A stretch of 64,000 bases of DNA from Xylographa opegraphella (Eukaryota): positions 1 to 64,000 of the forward strand of contig JALDZX010000035.1 of assembly GCA_022813865.1 (NCBI GenBank). The letters are read 5' to 3'. The stretch's first letter is position 1. Each line of letters begins with the position of its first letter. Positions 39,444 to 52,556 of the stretch are shown here, piece by piece. Position numbers and translations under genes: made by a program. The notes under the pieces are model-generated. The model had not been told where the DNA came from and did no database searches. It saw only the letters and a list, made by a program, of their open reading frames with translations.

Positions 39444-40561
39444 TCAATCGGTCTCTTCCCCATCATCATCATTCAGAAAGTCGAGGCTCTGGAGGCCTCT
39501 TGCTAATCTCCTCTTTGGTCGTGTGGCCTCTTCCTCTGAATCAACCTTGCCCCATTGTTTGTCACCTGCTTGTACAGCTTCTAAATCCGCTTGGAGTTCT
39601 CGAGCCTCCCGTATCTCAGTGGCCTTATCCAGAGAGTACCGCCCAGTCATTCCAGCATCGGCCAGCAGTTGCTTCAAGTGTCTTATTTTGGCTTTGGGGG
39701 TCCCAAATGGCGCCAGCTCTTTAAACCACATCTTCCGGATGCCGCACTTGGTTAGCCACCCTTGAAGTCGTTTGATTTCTTCAGCATCGGGATCCATCTC
39801 CTGATTCTTTATGGCTTTCTGGCTGTCTTTCACCTTCCTTGCAACTTTTGACTTGGGCTCGCCAGATGTAGATCTTCGTTTCTTGGATTTGGGTTTTGGT
39901 CCATCGTCGACAACGTCTGACATCTCCGTCTCCGAGTGGCTTTCGACTCGCGCAGAATCAGTGGGAGCTTGCTGGTTCTCTAAGTCCTCTTCACCTGCCC
40001 CCATTTTGGAGTCTTCACTTGAAGATTGTAGGTGATTCTCTCGGACACAGGGTTCAGCTGTTTTATGGTCGGCCACCGAAGTCTGAGCATCTGACATCTT
40101 CTCCTCCGATTGGATATCTCTGCTAGTTTTACGGCGCTTCTTTGACTTCGACTCTGTTGGCAAAGGTCGTTTCCCCAGACGCTCAGCAGCAGGGCTAGCA
40201 CTTTTAGCCGGCTTTGCAGATTCAGATCGCGGGCTGACTGTCTGCGATGATTTGAGGTCCTCATTTGGAATATTCTGGGCTTGCGATTCCTAGAACTGTG
40301 ACTATAATTAGCCCACGGCCACAGGGGACTACAATGCGCAGTACTTTGAAGATGTTGGTGACAAACCGCTTCTTCTTCAATTATCTGCTTGCTTTTATCC
40401 TTCCACATCGGCTTTTTAAAAAAGTCCTCCTGTAGATTGAGATCCTTCTCCACGGCTTTCCGCATTCGTTTGACGGTTAGCTCTTCCAGATTACCTTTCT
40501 CGTAGACGCCTCGAACAGCATTGCGCAGAGACTGCTCCAGGAGCATCACCGAGGGCGCCAT
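39444..40561 (-). CDS. HIRA-interacting protein 3 (HIRIP3)-like histone-chaperone-type protein, 2 exons
   Basis: DEK-C-like N-terminus LEELTVKRMRKAVEKDLNL, a charged linker, and C-terminal EEIKRLQGWLTKCGIRKMW...AGMTGRYSLDKATEIREARELQADL. Confidence 0.75.
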
Positions 40562-40804
40562 TATGGGACGAATAATGTCCTAACTAAAAGTCTTTTCGAT
40601 GTCTCAGATTTCCTAACGAGGACGGTTTTCAAGACCGCTCAGAGTCGTCGCGTCCCAAGAGCTTAGCGACACTGGATTCTCAGCGAATGCGCGATGTTTG
40701 GTCGGGGCTTGGAGAACCGTTGCTGTCTTGGGATTAAGGGAAGAAATGTGACTGCCTCCCTACGAATTGTGATACTCGCGAAGGGACCCGCCGAAGCATT
40801 GAGG

Positions 40805-41741
40805 AGGGGCAACTACTCGGAACTGGCTAGCGCGACAATATTTGAAGTGATTAGATATCCTATTAACGAGCTTCGTCTCGAGAGTCTGTTTCTTGACATA
40901 CCTAAGGTACCTTGAGCTACCTACCTTACCTAAGGCAAGGTATACAATAACCGTGCTACGCCTCTACGGGTTAGTGTGACGAATTCCTTCGGCCACTTGA
41001 ACTACCTGCAGTCAGAGAAGCTGCGCTGCACCATAGACACGGGTTTATCAAGTCAAGCAAAAAAGCATGCTCCTCATGCTGGGAAAGTAAAGTCTGCTCG
41101 TTACCACTCTAAAGCTCGGTCATGGAATGAAAGATGTATGGTTTAACATCCTTCAGCATTCGAGCTGCCGACAAATCCGATCTCGCGGATGATCCAAAGC
41201 AGCAGGCTCTAGGCATATCCACCAAGTGTCTTGAGTGAGGTCCCCTACGTATGCCAAATACCACAATGCCATCCCTCGTGGCTTTGTTAAACCTTCAACA
41301 CTATAAAACAGATCCATCTGCGACTGGTTGGGTCAAGAGTTATTTACCACTGGCATTTTCCCGTGGTCACTGAAGCTTCATCGCTCGTTGGCACGGCAGC
41401 TTCGGGCCGGATGTGCGATCCACGGTCTATGCGTAAGAACTATCAGTTACTTCATTCTGATAACGTGGTGTTATTCGCTAAATCTTCGAGGGAGATGGAC
41501 CACCTGGTTGTGCTATTGGCTGATATGATACACACAATAATGCTGGTGAAAGGGATGAGTGGTTCACCAACCATTTGAGGACGCAGCCATTCATAACTTC
41601 AATAAGCAAAAACCTGACGTCATGGCTTGCAAGGAATGCGCCACGCCGCATTGAAAATCCCTTGTTAAGTGCACAGCACAATCTTTTAGCCACAGCGGAA
41701 GCCCTGAAGCTTAGGGGACGTTAGCTAAACTACTCCAGGGG
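40805..41741 (+). promoter_or_regulatory. Stress-type elements upstream of TPS1: STRE-like AGGGG/CCCCT and a CRE palindrome
   Basis: AGGGG at 40805, 41713 and 41737; CCCCT at 41242; TGACGTCA at 41615-41622. Confidence 0.5.
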
Positions 41742-42187
41742 GCATCGTAAATCACTTAGATGGTTAGCGGTGACTCTGGTGGGTCTCGGTGGGTCTAGAA
41801 TTAGTCCAAGAGACTATCTCAAGCGAGAACTACAGCCACTCGTTGTGTTTCTAGTAAAGCTAAATTTTTCATACCTACCTTACCTTAACCTAAAGCGGCC
41901 ACGGGCTTACCGGTTTCTGAGGTGTAAGCTCGAGCTTTTAGCGCTTTTCAAAATATCTTGCTTGAGCATCATGTAGAGGTGAACTGTTCAGTCAGATCCC
42001 TCCAGTCGTTCTTTCCGCTCAAAATTCATTTTAATCTGTTCGAAGTGGACGACTCCACTTCCAGTAATACTAGGACCTCGTAGTCGTTGCTAAATTTACT
42101 CCACTGCCTGGTTGTGACGTCCGAGCATTCCGTCAACACAAACGTCAGACCGTGGTCACTGCGCAAATCCTGCATTCCTCCTTGCTT

Positions 42188-42260
42188 GACGCTCTCTACC
42201 CGGACGCTCTCTACCCGACGACGCTCTCTACCCTACGACGCTCTCTACCCGAACGCTCCC
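42188..42260 (+). repeat. Tandem repeat GACGCTCTCTACCC x4 (plus a partial copy) just upstream of the TPS1 ATG
   Basis: Identical 14-mers at 42188, 42203, 42220 and 42237 with 1-3 nt spacers. Confidence 0.9.
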
Positions 42261-42277
42261 TGCCAGAAATCTCCGTT

Positions 42278-44103
42278 ATGCCTTCAGTCACAGCAGCTCC
42301 TAAGATGGACGGGCGACTTCTCCTCGTCTCGAATCGTTTGCCCCTCTCTATCAAACGATCCGAGGCTGGCACCTACGAATTATCTATGTCATCTGGGGGC
42401 CTGGTCAGCGGTCTCAGCGGTCTCGCCAAGTCTACTACCTTCCAATGGTATGGCTCTGCAGGCCTGGAAGTGCCCGAGAAGGACGCTGGTCCGCTTACCA
42501 AGCGCCTGAAGGACGAGTACAATGCTGTACCCGTCTTTATTGATCAAGATCTGGCGGAATTGCATTACAATGGTTTCTCAAGTACGTTTTCCTCAGAAAT
42601 TACGTTGATTCCTTGCTCAGCAACATCTAGATTCTATTCTTTGGCCTCTTTTCCATTATCATCCTGGCGAGATAACATTTGACGAATCCGCATGGAACGG
42701 TTACGAACAAACGAATCGTCTTTTCGCTAAAGCAATCGCTCGCGAAGTTCAGGACGGCGACCTCGTGTGGGTCCATGACTATCACTTGATGTTACTGCCG
42801 GCAATGCTCCGAGAGGAGATCGGCAAGACGAAGGCAAATGTCAAAATTGGCTTCTTTCTACATACACCCTTCCCTAGCAGTGAGATTTATCGTATCCTGC
42901 CCGTGCGGGACGAAATCCTTCTTGGCGTCCTTCACTGTGATCTTATTGGATTTCACACCTACGACTATGCTCGACACTTCCTAAGCAGTTGTTCGAGAAT
43001 CCTGTAAGTTCTACCTTCATTTCGAATTTATGCACAACGAATGAAAGACTCCGACGCTGAATATGCTCAGCGGTTTGGCTGCTACACCCAATGGTGTGGA
43101 GTTTCAAGGCAAAATTGTTAGTGTTGGCGCCTTCCCTATCGGCATTGACCCTGAAAAATTCACCGAGGGCCTCAAGGATACTAAGGTGCAGGAGCGTATC
43201 GCGACACTCGAACGCAAGTTCCAAGGTGTCAAGCTCATTGCGGGGGTTGATCGACTTGACTACATCAAAGGCGTACCCCAGAAACTACATGCATTGGAGG
43301 TTTTCCTCACCGAACACCCGGAATGGGTTGGTAAGGTTGTCCTTGTTCAGGTAGCTGTCCCGAGCCGGCAAGACGTTGAGGAGTACCAAAACTTGAGGGC
43401 TGTCGTAAATGAACTAGTAGGAAGAATCAATGGCAAATTTGGTATGGTTGACCATGTATCCGTTTAAAATAACTTGCTGATTCAAAAAGGCACTGTCGAG
43501 TTCATGCCGATACACTTTATGCACAAACAGGTGGAATTCGAGGAGCTCATCGCTCTATACGCAGTCTCTGACGTCTGCCTTGTTTCATCGACTCGTGACG
43601 GCATGAATCTTGTGTCGTACGAGTATATAGCATGTCAAAAAAAACGACATGGAGCTATGATTCTCTCAGAATTTACCGGCGCTGCCCAAAGCCTGAACGG
43701 TAGCCTCATCGTGAATCCATGGAATACCGAAGAATTAGCTGGTGCCATACACGATGCAGTCACTATGGGTGACGAGCAACGCTCTGTCAATTTTGAGAAG
43801 CTCGATAAGTACGTTCAAAAATATACTAGGTATGTATCGGTACTCGGCTCCATTTATGACACGGCCTGACGCGAACGTAGTGCATGGTGGGGCCAGTCTT
43901 TCGTTGCAGAATTGAACCGTATCTCTCAGCAAGCCGAGAAAAAAACGAAACGACGTGAGTCATTAGTGGACAGTCAGCCTAACACTGCAAACGCAGTTCC
44001 TTCGGTACAAGATGATATTAACGGCAATGACGCACCACATGGGAATGGTGCCAGCAGCAATGTTGCGGACAGGGTTACTGTCGATCGTGAATTGGAGTTG
44101 TAA
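42278..44103 (+). CDS. TPS1: Trehalose-6-phosphate synthase (GT20), 5 exons
   Basis: LLLVSNRLP, SSGGLVSGL, WVHDYHL, GFFLHTPFPSSEIYR, GVDRLDYIKG, STRDGMNLVSYEY. Confidence 0.97.
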
Positions 44104-45745
44104 CAGTGGGTCTGTACAATCGGAATGGATGATACCCTGGTTTACGGCTGCAGGAGCATAGGAGTTTCTGGACAAACGTAGCACTGCGGAGACTACGGAC
44201 ATGAGCTTGACGCTTCTCCACTTCTCGCTGCTGTGGATAGCATTGTGTTTTCTAGTTGACCGTCAGTGGTCTCGAATCGATAGTCATTTGTGAGGCTTTG
44301 TCATTCTCCGACCGTTCCTTCGGTTTACTGTCGAGAGGTAGGTCTTGACCCCTACTCAACCTCCTATGCCATACTGTAACTCGGTGCATTCGTCCAGATT
44401 TGTAGCTGTAACGTCATGATTTGATGATTTGAGTTCTCACGAGATGTTAGAAATAACACATGCTGTCCTCGTCTGGGGCGAAGACAGCGTCGAACTCTCA
44501 GTCCATTGTTTTCTTTGCGTCAATGATTTGATGTATCATCCCTTTTTACGGCACATGAGCCAGTCCCTTCAACAAATGACGATAAGTAAAGTGCATTTTG
44601 GGAAACGGACTGGATGCTGTTGTATTGTTGATGGATCGAAGCTTATACTGCGATTTCACGCCACTCAATTTTAACAGCATGCTTTTGAATCTTACGGTGG
44701 TACTATCACGAATCAAGACCATGGAACGGTCAACTTGTATTGTAGTGCAGCTGGATTTCCTGAAAATCTAATGTATCCCGCGTATACAAGTCCATCATGT
44801 TGCGCCTTTCACAAATCCTCGATTCGATGTTGAGAGCCATGCTCTGATGCATCCTCTTATTAATCCTTTCATTGATCTTCAACAATTCTAATTTTTATCG
44901 CGCAATTGCCACCATTGTGTCTTCTCTTCTTCCCTTTCCTCATTATTGCACCTATCCTCGCCGGATTGAAGAGCTTTGCTCAAGCAGGAACACGTGTGCG
45001 GGGAGGAAGCGATTTGCGAGCAGGAAGATCGTGAGAAGGAATCGTCTCCACGGAGGCAAACTAAACATGGCCAAGGGAAACTGAGCGTATGCGGAATTCT
45101 ATGCCTTGATCACGCTATATCAATAGCGCGGGGCGTGGACGAGGCGCCGGCAATGCATGTTCAGAGTTACAAGGATATATTAAAGCGAAAGACCCAATGG
45201 CGGCTTGATGAGATGCAGGGCTAGATCATAAATGAGAGACCGTGGATTGAGAAAGGGTCGAGATGCATCAGGAGGTCATATGGCAGCCAGCATTTGTTCG
45301 TTGACGGAAATGCAACCTTGGAGCCAAAGAAGACAGCGTTGTGGAAATATCAGGCAGGTAAATCTGGGATATATGGGCAAGAACTAAGGTGGCACACTTG
45401 AGGCACTTATGGGTGAAGGCAAGTGGAGCAAGGACTAGCAATGGCTGTGGAATTCAGCATCAAGGGACATACAGACAATAGGTCTATACTAACGTCTGAT
45501 GATCCCAATATATAAATGAAGTTCGTCTCATGTGATAGTTTGCTGTCCAAACAGCATTATGTGTTTCAGTACACTTGGCTCGTATGGAGTGTCTGCGTGC
45601 GAAAGAATAGCAAATAAGTCTAGCGAACCGGAACATGGTCCAAAGATAATGAGCGTGTGATAGGCTTGTGCGATAATCAAGATGTATATTGCATAACTGC
45701 GATGCACAAGTGATGGCGGAACAGAAACTCATGAACGATAAGTCC

Positions 45746-48700
45746 TCAACGTCCAAGATGCTTCGGATCCCAACTTCCAACAATAAAGGAGCCTGTTGGC
45801 GCCGTTGCCGTGTCTCCATCCGCCGATAGAAGAGACGCAGGGGTCTGAGGGACATTAGCGTCCAGTAATCAATGCGATATAAGGTAACCAAAAACTTACT
45901 AGCATCCCATTACGCACCCGATTCGACTCTGCACATATAGAGTCCACGAACGCGGAGTTCACCCCCTCCTCGCCTTCCAAATCCACATCTCCCAACACAT
46001 GCTCTCTTTCCGCCATATTGACTTGCTGTAACGCCTGTTCAAAGCGCTTCAGCAGGCTCTCTACCCGCTGCACAGAGATAAGATCTTTGTCAAACACCAC
46101 CTCCGTGTAGACGACGTTCTTCTTGATATCGCAGTCAATCCTGAAAGGCAATGCTAGCGCAAGCTCCGCCCACGTGAGTACCATGTCCACTTTGTCTCTG
46201 GGCTGGTCGTCCGCCAGTGGCGGGGCGATGTTAATTCGGATGGCGTGCTGGCAAGCAGTGCGGGTCTCGGTGCTGAGGTTGGCGATACCGGCAAAGCCGA
46301 GCTGTTCGAACGGCGTCATCGCGCTAAGCTGATGTTGGACGTGGGCGAGAAGAGAGTAGGTGGTCTGTAGGGGGTCGATGTGAACGTGAAGGGGCACAGC
46401 GGTGGTGGTTGGGGCGACGAGGTCTTCAATGAAAGGGACCGACGCGCTGCGGCCAGCACGGAGTATGTCGAGGACGACATCAGCGCAGGCGAGAGTACGG
46501 GAAAAGACGAGCGCCCAGGCGACTTCGATCTTAGTGGAGATAGTGATGCTGGAGCTGTGGGTGCGGGAGAGGGTGATGTAGCGCTTGAGCATGGAGTCCG
46601 GGAAGATACGGTGATTTGAGGGGATGGGAAATAGAGGCGCTGAGACGACGTTGGCGAGATGCGATTGCCAAAATTTATGGGCGGCGGGTTTATCCATATC
46701 GTGTAGGCTCTTGATGAAATGGTTAAATTTTGGGGGTGAAGTTATAGCTCGTCCGTGATGGTAAGCGTGGTCAAGGTGCTTGAAGAGGAGATAAAGAGAC
46801 CAGCCATCGTATGAAGAGTGTTGCATGGTGAAGACGAAGAAGCGTTTCCTTAAAGCTTCGTCGTCTACTATACAGAATCGTTGGAGACGTTCGCCAAGAC
46901 CAATAATGGCTGATCTGTCGGCTTCTAGGTAACACTTCAACGACGTGTGTTTTCGCCAGGCTATACCGCTTGCCATCGTTACTTGATAGTACCCCGATAT
47001 TGTGTGTATAATACAAGTCCGGAGAATATCATGAGTGGCCTCGACAGCCTCCCAAGCTGCACGGAATCTGTCTAAATCAAGGAATACCGGCAGAAAGTAA
47101 ACGATTTGCGCTTGATGCTCATTTGTGTTAATTCCGGCGCAGATCCAGTACTCCTGTTGAGGATTCACATGGTAAATATCTTCGATTCGGTCCTTGGAGA
47201 CCTTGCATTGGCTCATCGCTTCTGACAAAAGAGACTTCTTATGATCACCCAACAACGAAAAGGGAGCTATCTCCCAGGGGTGTTGTGAGGTGGTTTCCGA
47301 AGTCACCAAAGCCATTTCGGACAGTACCGGATGCTTGAAGATCTCATCCACGGTCAGAGACAAGCCGACTTTACGCGCAGATGCGACAAGTCGCATTGCC
47401 GTAATAGAATCGCCTCCCAGCTCAAAGAAATTATCTTCGATACCCATGTCTGAAATTTTGAGAAGCACCTTCCAGAGGTCATACAGCCTTCTTTCCATGG
47501 AGGTGGAAGGTTCGGTATGGTCGGTCTTTGGATTTCGAAAAGCTGCGATTTGGTCCAGAGATCGGCCGGCTACCAACTGCTGCAACTTCCTGCGATTTGT
47601 CTTGCCAGAGGTAGTGAGCGGAATACTTGAAATTGGGATGAATACCGACGGAACCATGTAGGAGGGCAGCACCGACGACATTTTACTCTTAATACCGGTT
47701 GTAACGGTATTAAGACGGTTGAGTTGTGCTGTAGAGCTTGCTATATCCTTCAAGCCACGATCTCTGCCATTGTCAACACCAACAGTCACAAAACATGCCA
47801 ACATCGGCTGCTCGTTAGGCATGATTACCACAGCGGTTACACCTACATCAGCAGGCAGGAATGCCCGAAGCTGATGCTCAATCTCGCCTAATTCGACTCT
47901 CTGGCCTCGTATCTTAACCTGTTGATCGTCTTTGCGGCCAATAAAACATATCGAGCCATCATGATGATATCGTGCCAGATCACCTGTCTTGTAGAACCGT
48001 CGTCTTAGTGCACCTCTAGAATTTGCTTTCACTATCCAGGTCGGATCCTCAACAAAGGCAGCTTTAGTCTGTGCCTCGTCGCTGAGATACCCACGTGCAA
48101 GAGTTGGCCCTTCAATCAAGATCTCACCGATCGCACCAACAGGCACCAAGCTGTTCCAATCTTCTGGATTAACAATCCAAACCAGAGCTCCAACCCCTCG
48201 TCCAATGATGGTGAAATCGTCCTGTCGCTTGACATCCGGTTGTCCGATACAGTAGATGGTGCATTCTGCAGGACCATACATGTTGATCAATGTAACGTGC
48301 TCCGCCCAACGCTCCACCACTTCTTTTGTCATTGGCTCGCCCGCGACCACCAAGACTTTGAGACTCTGGACATCTTCCGGTCGCAGCTGGCTTGCCACTG
48401 TTGATGTGAGACATGCCTGGTTGACCCTCTGTGACTGGATTGCTTCCACTAAGTTGTTCATTCTATCGTGTTCCGACGGTATACATACGCAGCCACCATG
48501 TATGAGGGTTACAAAAATGTCACTGAAGCTGATGTCAAAAGTGTAAGCAGCGAACTGCAGTATGCGGGAACTCGTATTGAGTTTGATCTTTCTGCCATGT
48601 TCTCGTGCACTGGTACAAAGAGCTTTATGCTCAATAACGATGCCTTTTGGTTTGCCAGTTGAACCACTCGTGAAGACGACAAAAGCTGCGTTGTTGGGTT

Positions 48701-51700
48701 GAGCCTTTGCGTTCATCCTTTCCTGATATTCGGAGATGTTGTCAAGCAAAGAAGGACCCACAATCAACACAGGCCCAATAGCACACAATGTTGGAGCAGT
48801 TGTCGCAGAGGTTAGAACTATGCCTGCACCGTTCGAGCCTAGATCTGCGACGATCGTCTTTTGACGGGTCACAGGATGTTTTGGATCCAAAGGTACGCAG
48901 GCTCCACCAGCTTTGAGAACCGCTAGCATCGCAATAATAGCCCAACGCGACTTCTCGAAGCAAATAGGAATTAGAGACTCCGGTCCTATGTTCATGTTTC
49001 TCGACAGGTGAAGCGCTAAACGCGATGAAAGCTCATCAAGCTGCCCATGGCTCAACTCGCCATCCCATGAAACTATTGCAGGATATTTGGGTCGAATATG
49101 TGCTTGCTCTTCAATGAGATTGTGCACACAAGCATTGTGGACTTCTGGAGTGTCGGAGTTCCATTCCATGACCTCTTTTACATCTGTCTGGTCAGCATCT
49201 TGGACTTCAGCAACTAGCATGACCGGATCTTCTCGGAAAAGCTTCTGCAGAATGCTTCCGAGTTGTCGAAAAATCCGCCGAACTTCTCGTTCGTTCAGGA
49301 TCTTATCATCAAACGTAGCATGCATGAGAATACTCTGATCATGAAGATTGCACTCCAAAGTCAAAGCATAATCCGTTGAAAGTGAAATGTCCTGATTCAT
49401 AAGTACGTCAAAATTGGGAGCGCTGGGTCCCGTTGATTGAATCACGAGAAGACTCCGGAAATCACAAGCTGCCTTGGCCTCAGCACTGAGATTTTTGATG
49501 TTTTGCAAACCAATCTGTTCGAATGGCACAATGTCAATATATTGTTGCTGGACGTTTCTAAGCAGCTCGGTCACCATCTGGTCGCGAAGGAACACTGTCC
49601 TGAAGGGTACAGTAACAATTGTCGGACCTACGATTCGCTCGATGCCAGGAATCGATGCCCCACGGCCGCTGAGAGTTGTGCCAGTGATCACATCTGTAGT
49701 GTTCGAATACATACCTAGCAACAAAGCCCATCCTGCTTGTATGACGGTTGCGCTCGTGATATTGGTTTGAGGTTTTCTCACGAAGGACATCTCATGCTTT
49801 ATCTTCCTGCTTGCAAGTGGCCGGTACAGCGATGATGGCAAGCGAGGAAAAGCCGGTGGCGGTGCATCGGTCAACCTTTGACCCCAAAATGATTTGCATG
49901 CTTCAACGTCCATGTCAGAAAGGTACTTCACGAAGCTGTTGTAACCTGCACCAGGTGCGGTCAAGCGTCCGGAATAAACTTGTTCAACAGAGGATATCAC
50001 TCTAGAGAGCGCCCACCCATCTATGATCGAGTGATGAACTGTCCAAACCAAGGTGTACTCCGAGCATACTGGCGATTGAATGATAGCAAACCGTGAGGGC
50101 GGCTGCCCCATAAGCATCTGAATCGTCTTGTCTTCTCTCAGATATGAATCGACGGATTTGTCTTTTATCAGTTGCCAATGAAGAGGCTCTTTCAGTACAG
50201 CTTGAAAGATATTTCCAGACGTATCCTCGAAGAACCGTGTTCGTAATATGGGATTCTGTGTAGCTACGGTACCCCATGCGGTTAAGAGCTTGCCATGCTC
50301 GATAGATGATGGTACCTTGTAGATTAATTGCATGATATAAGAATTAGACTCTTTCAATGATAGAGCCAAGAGGCTTTTCTGCATTTCCGTACATGGATAT
50401 ATGTCCTCCACGAGATCCGCGTGAATTTTACACTGCACACTTGCTTCATTTCTAAGGTCTTGAATAGTGAAGTTATCCGCTACCAGTGCGAATGGAGTGA
50501 TCTCATGCACTCCATTAAAGGATGAATCAAGTGACGATGTCACTTGTGACATTTCGGACAGGATTGGATGGCTGAAGATCGCTTGAATGGTCAGGTGTAA
50601 TTTCGCAGTACGTGCTAAGGCAACAAGTCCAATCGCGGCTACAGAATCACCTCCAAGCCAAAGGAAATTATCTTTCGGCCCCACAGAATTGGGATCGATC
50701 AACAGTACATCGGCCCAAAGATGCCTCATTTGTATTTCCATTGGTGTCAAGGCTGGGTGCTCCAAACATATAGCCTGAGTATCGCTTCTCGTTGCGAAGC
50801 TAGTGAGTTGCGGCAGCGTCAGCTTTGCGGATATGCTCCGCACTTCTTTGCGGTCCACTTTTCCAGAAACTGATAGAGGGACTCGTCGCAGAGGGACAAA
50901 GACTGATGGTATCGAATAAGTTGGTAATACAAGTGAGATATTGTCCTTGATGTGGCCCACCAGTATTGCCAGACGTTGCTGCTCTGATTCCGAAGTTACC
51001 AGTACAGGCTCCTTTCCTTCGTCCCAATCCAGATAGCCAAATGATTCAGTGGCTTCATGAGCGCGAAGAAATGCTATCAATGTTGGGACTTGAGGTTCGC
51101 CAGCAGGTGTTACCACCTCAACCACCAATTCTGCCATTCCTCCAATTTCTGAGACAATATTCCGTAAATGATGTTCTACCTCGCCTAGCTCCAGACGTTG
51201 ACCTCGAAGCTTCACTTGATGATCTATTCGTCCGACATATTTGATAGTTCCGTCCTCATTGTACTTGACCAAATCCCCTGTACGGTAAAGTCGAGAAGGA
51301 TCATGGATTTCGTGCTTCGCGAGCCATTGTGGGCTGTCTATGAATGCCTCTTTTGTCTTTATATTGTCGTTCAGGTAGCCTCTAGCCACGACGGGACCTT
51401 CAATAAGCAGTTCGCCAACCGTACCCACTGGAGCCAACATATTGAAGTCGTTTGCTTCAACAATCCACGCTCTTCCACTAATTGCTCTTCCTATATCCCC
51501 ATCGCCGGCTGTGTATTGACTTGTGTCCAAAGTGAAACATATCACACAACATTCAGTCGGCCCATAGGCCAGTATGAGTCTCAGCTTTTTAGCCCAGGTT
51601 CTGACTAAGGATGGAGGCAGACTTTCGCCACCAAGGATTATGGTGTCGAGTGTCATGAACCGTTCAAAGCGAAGATTGATGAGAAGCGAGGGGGTGAAGA

Positions 51701-52556
51701 ATGCACATGTGACTTGCATTGTGTTCATCGAACTCACAAGGTCGTTCAAGCGGTCCCAGTCGGAGGGGACGCAAACGCAGCCTCCAAATATTAGCGTGGT
51801 AATAATCTCAAGTATGCAGGCGTCAAAGACGTAAGATGCGAATTGCAGAACTCTTGGCTTGGACTCAAACCCCATAGCTGCCCCCCCATGAATTGAGCTT
51901 GTGGAAAGCTGCTCGTGCTCGATGACCACCCCCTTCGGCTCGCCCGTGCTGCCACTTGTGAATATGACATACGCAGCATTTCGCGGATTGGAAGTCTCTG
52001 ATCTTGGTAATCTCTTCTCAAGCTTGCCAAGACTGTTGTCATCTACTTCAAGGATGACATCAACCAGCCCTTCGCAAGTTCGTGCACATCCTTTGGATGC
52101 TAATACGCATGTGGCCCCAGTTTGACGAATTAGATTGCGCAATCGAGCTGTTGGCTGAGCGGGTTCAAGAGGTACGAAGGCTCCCCCGGCTTTGAGTACT
52201 GCCAACATGGCTATAACAGTGAATTTCGATTTCTCGAAACAGAGTGGGACAAGTATCTCAGGGCCAATTCCAAGAGCAACCAAGTGGTCTGCTAAACGAG
52301 ACGACATATTTTCAAGCTCATCGTAGGTCATGTCTCCATCCCACGAACAAATTGCCTGAGAATTGGGCTGATGAGTTGCTTGGGCTTCGATCAGAGAATG
52401 TGCTGAGGTGTTAATTTTCCTAGGCACAGCATGGTTCCACGCCCATATATGTTGCTCGTCTTCTGGGCTCAAATTCCTGGAATTCTTGGACGTCGTCCTC
52501 AAGAGGTAATGCATATCCTCGTCCTCTTCGTTGGAAGTGCCGTTCCCTGTGTGCAT
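45746..52556 (-). CDS. Bimodular non-ribosomal peptide synthetase, A-T-C-A-T-C(T)
   Basis: 2233-aa ORF with two A domains (FTSGSTGxPKG, YGPxE, YxTGD, SGK), two T domains (LGGDS), C1 HHSIIDG and terminal C QHSSYDG. A probable 55-nt last intron at 45845-45899 (GTAAGT...CTAAT...CAG) extends the CDS to a stop at 45746. Confidence 0.96.
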
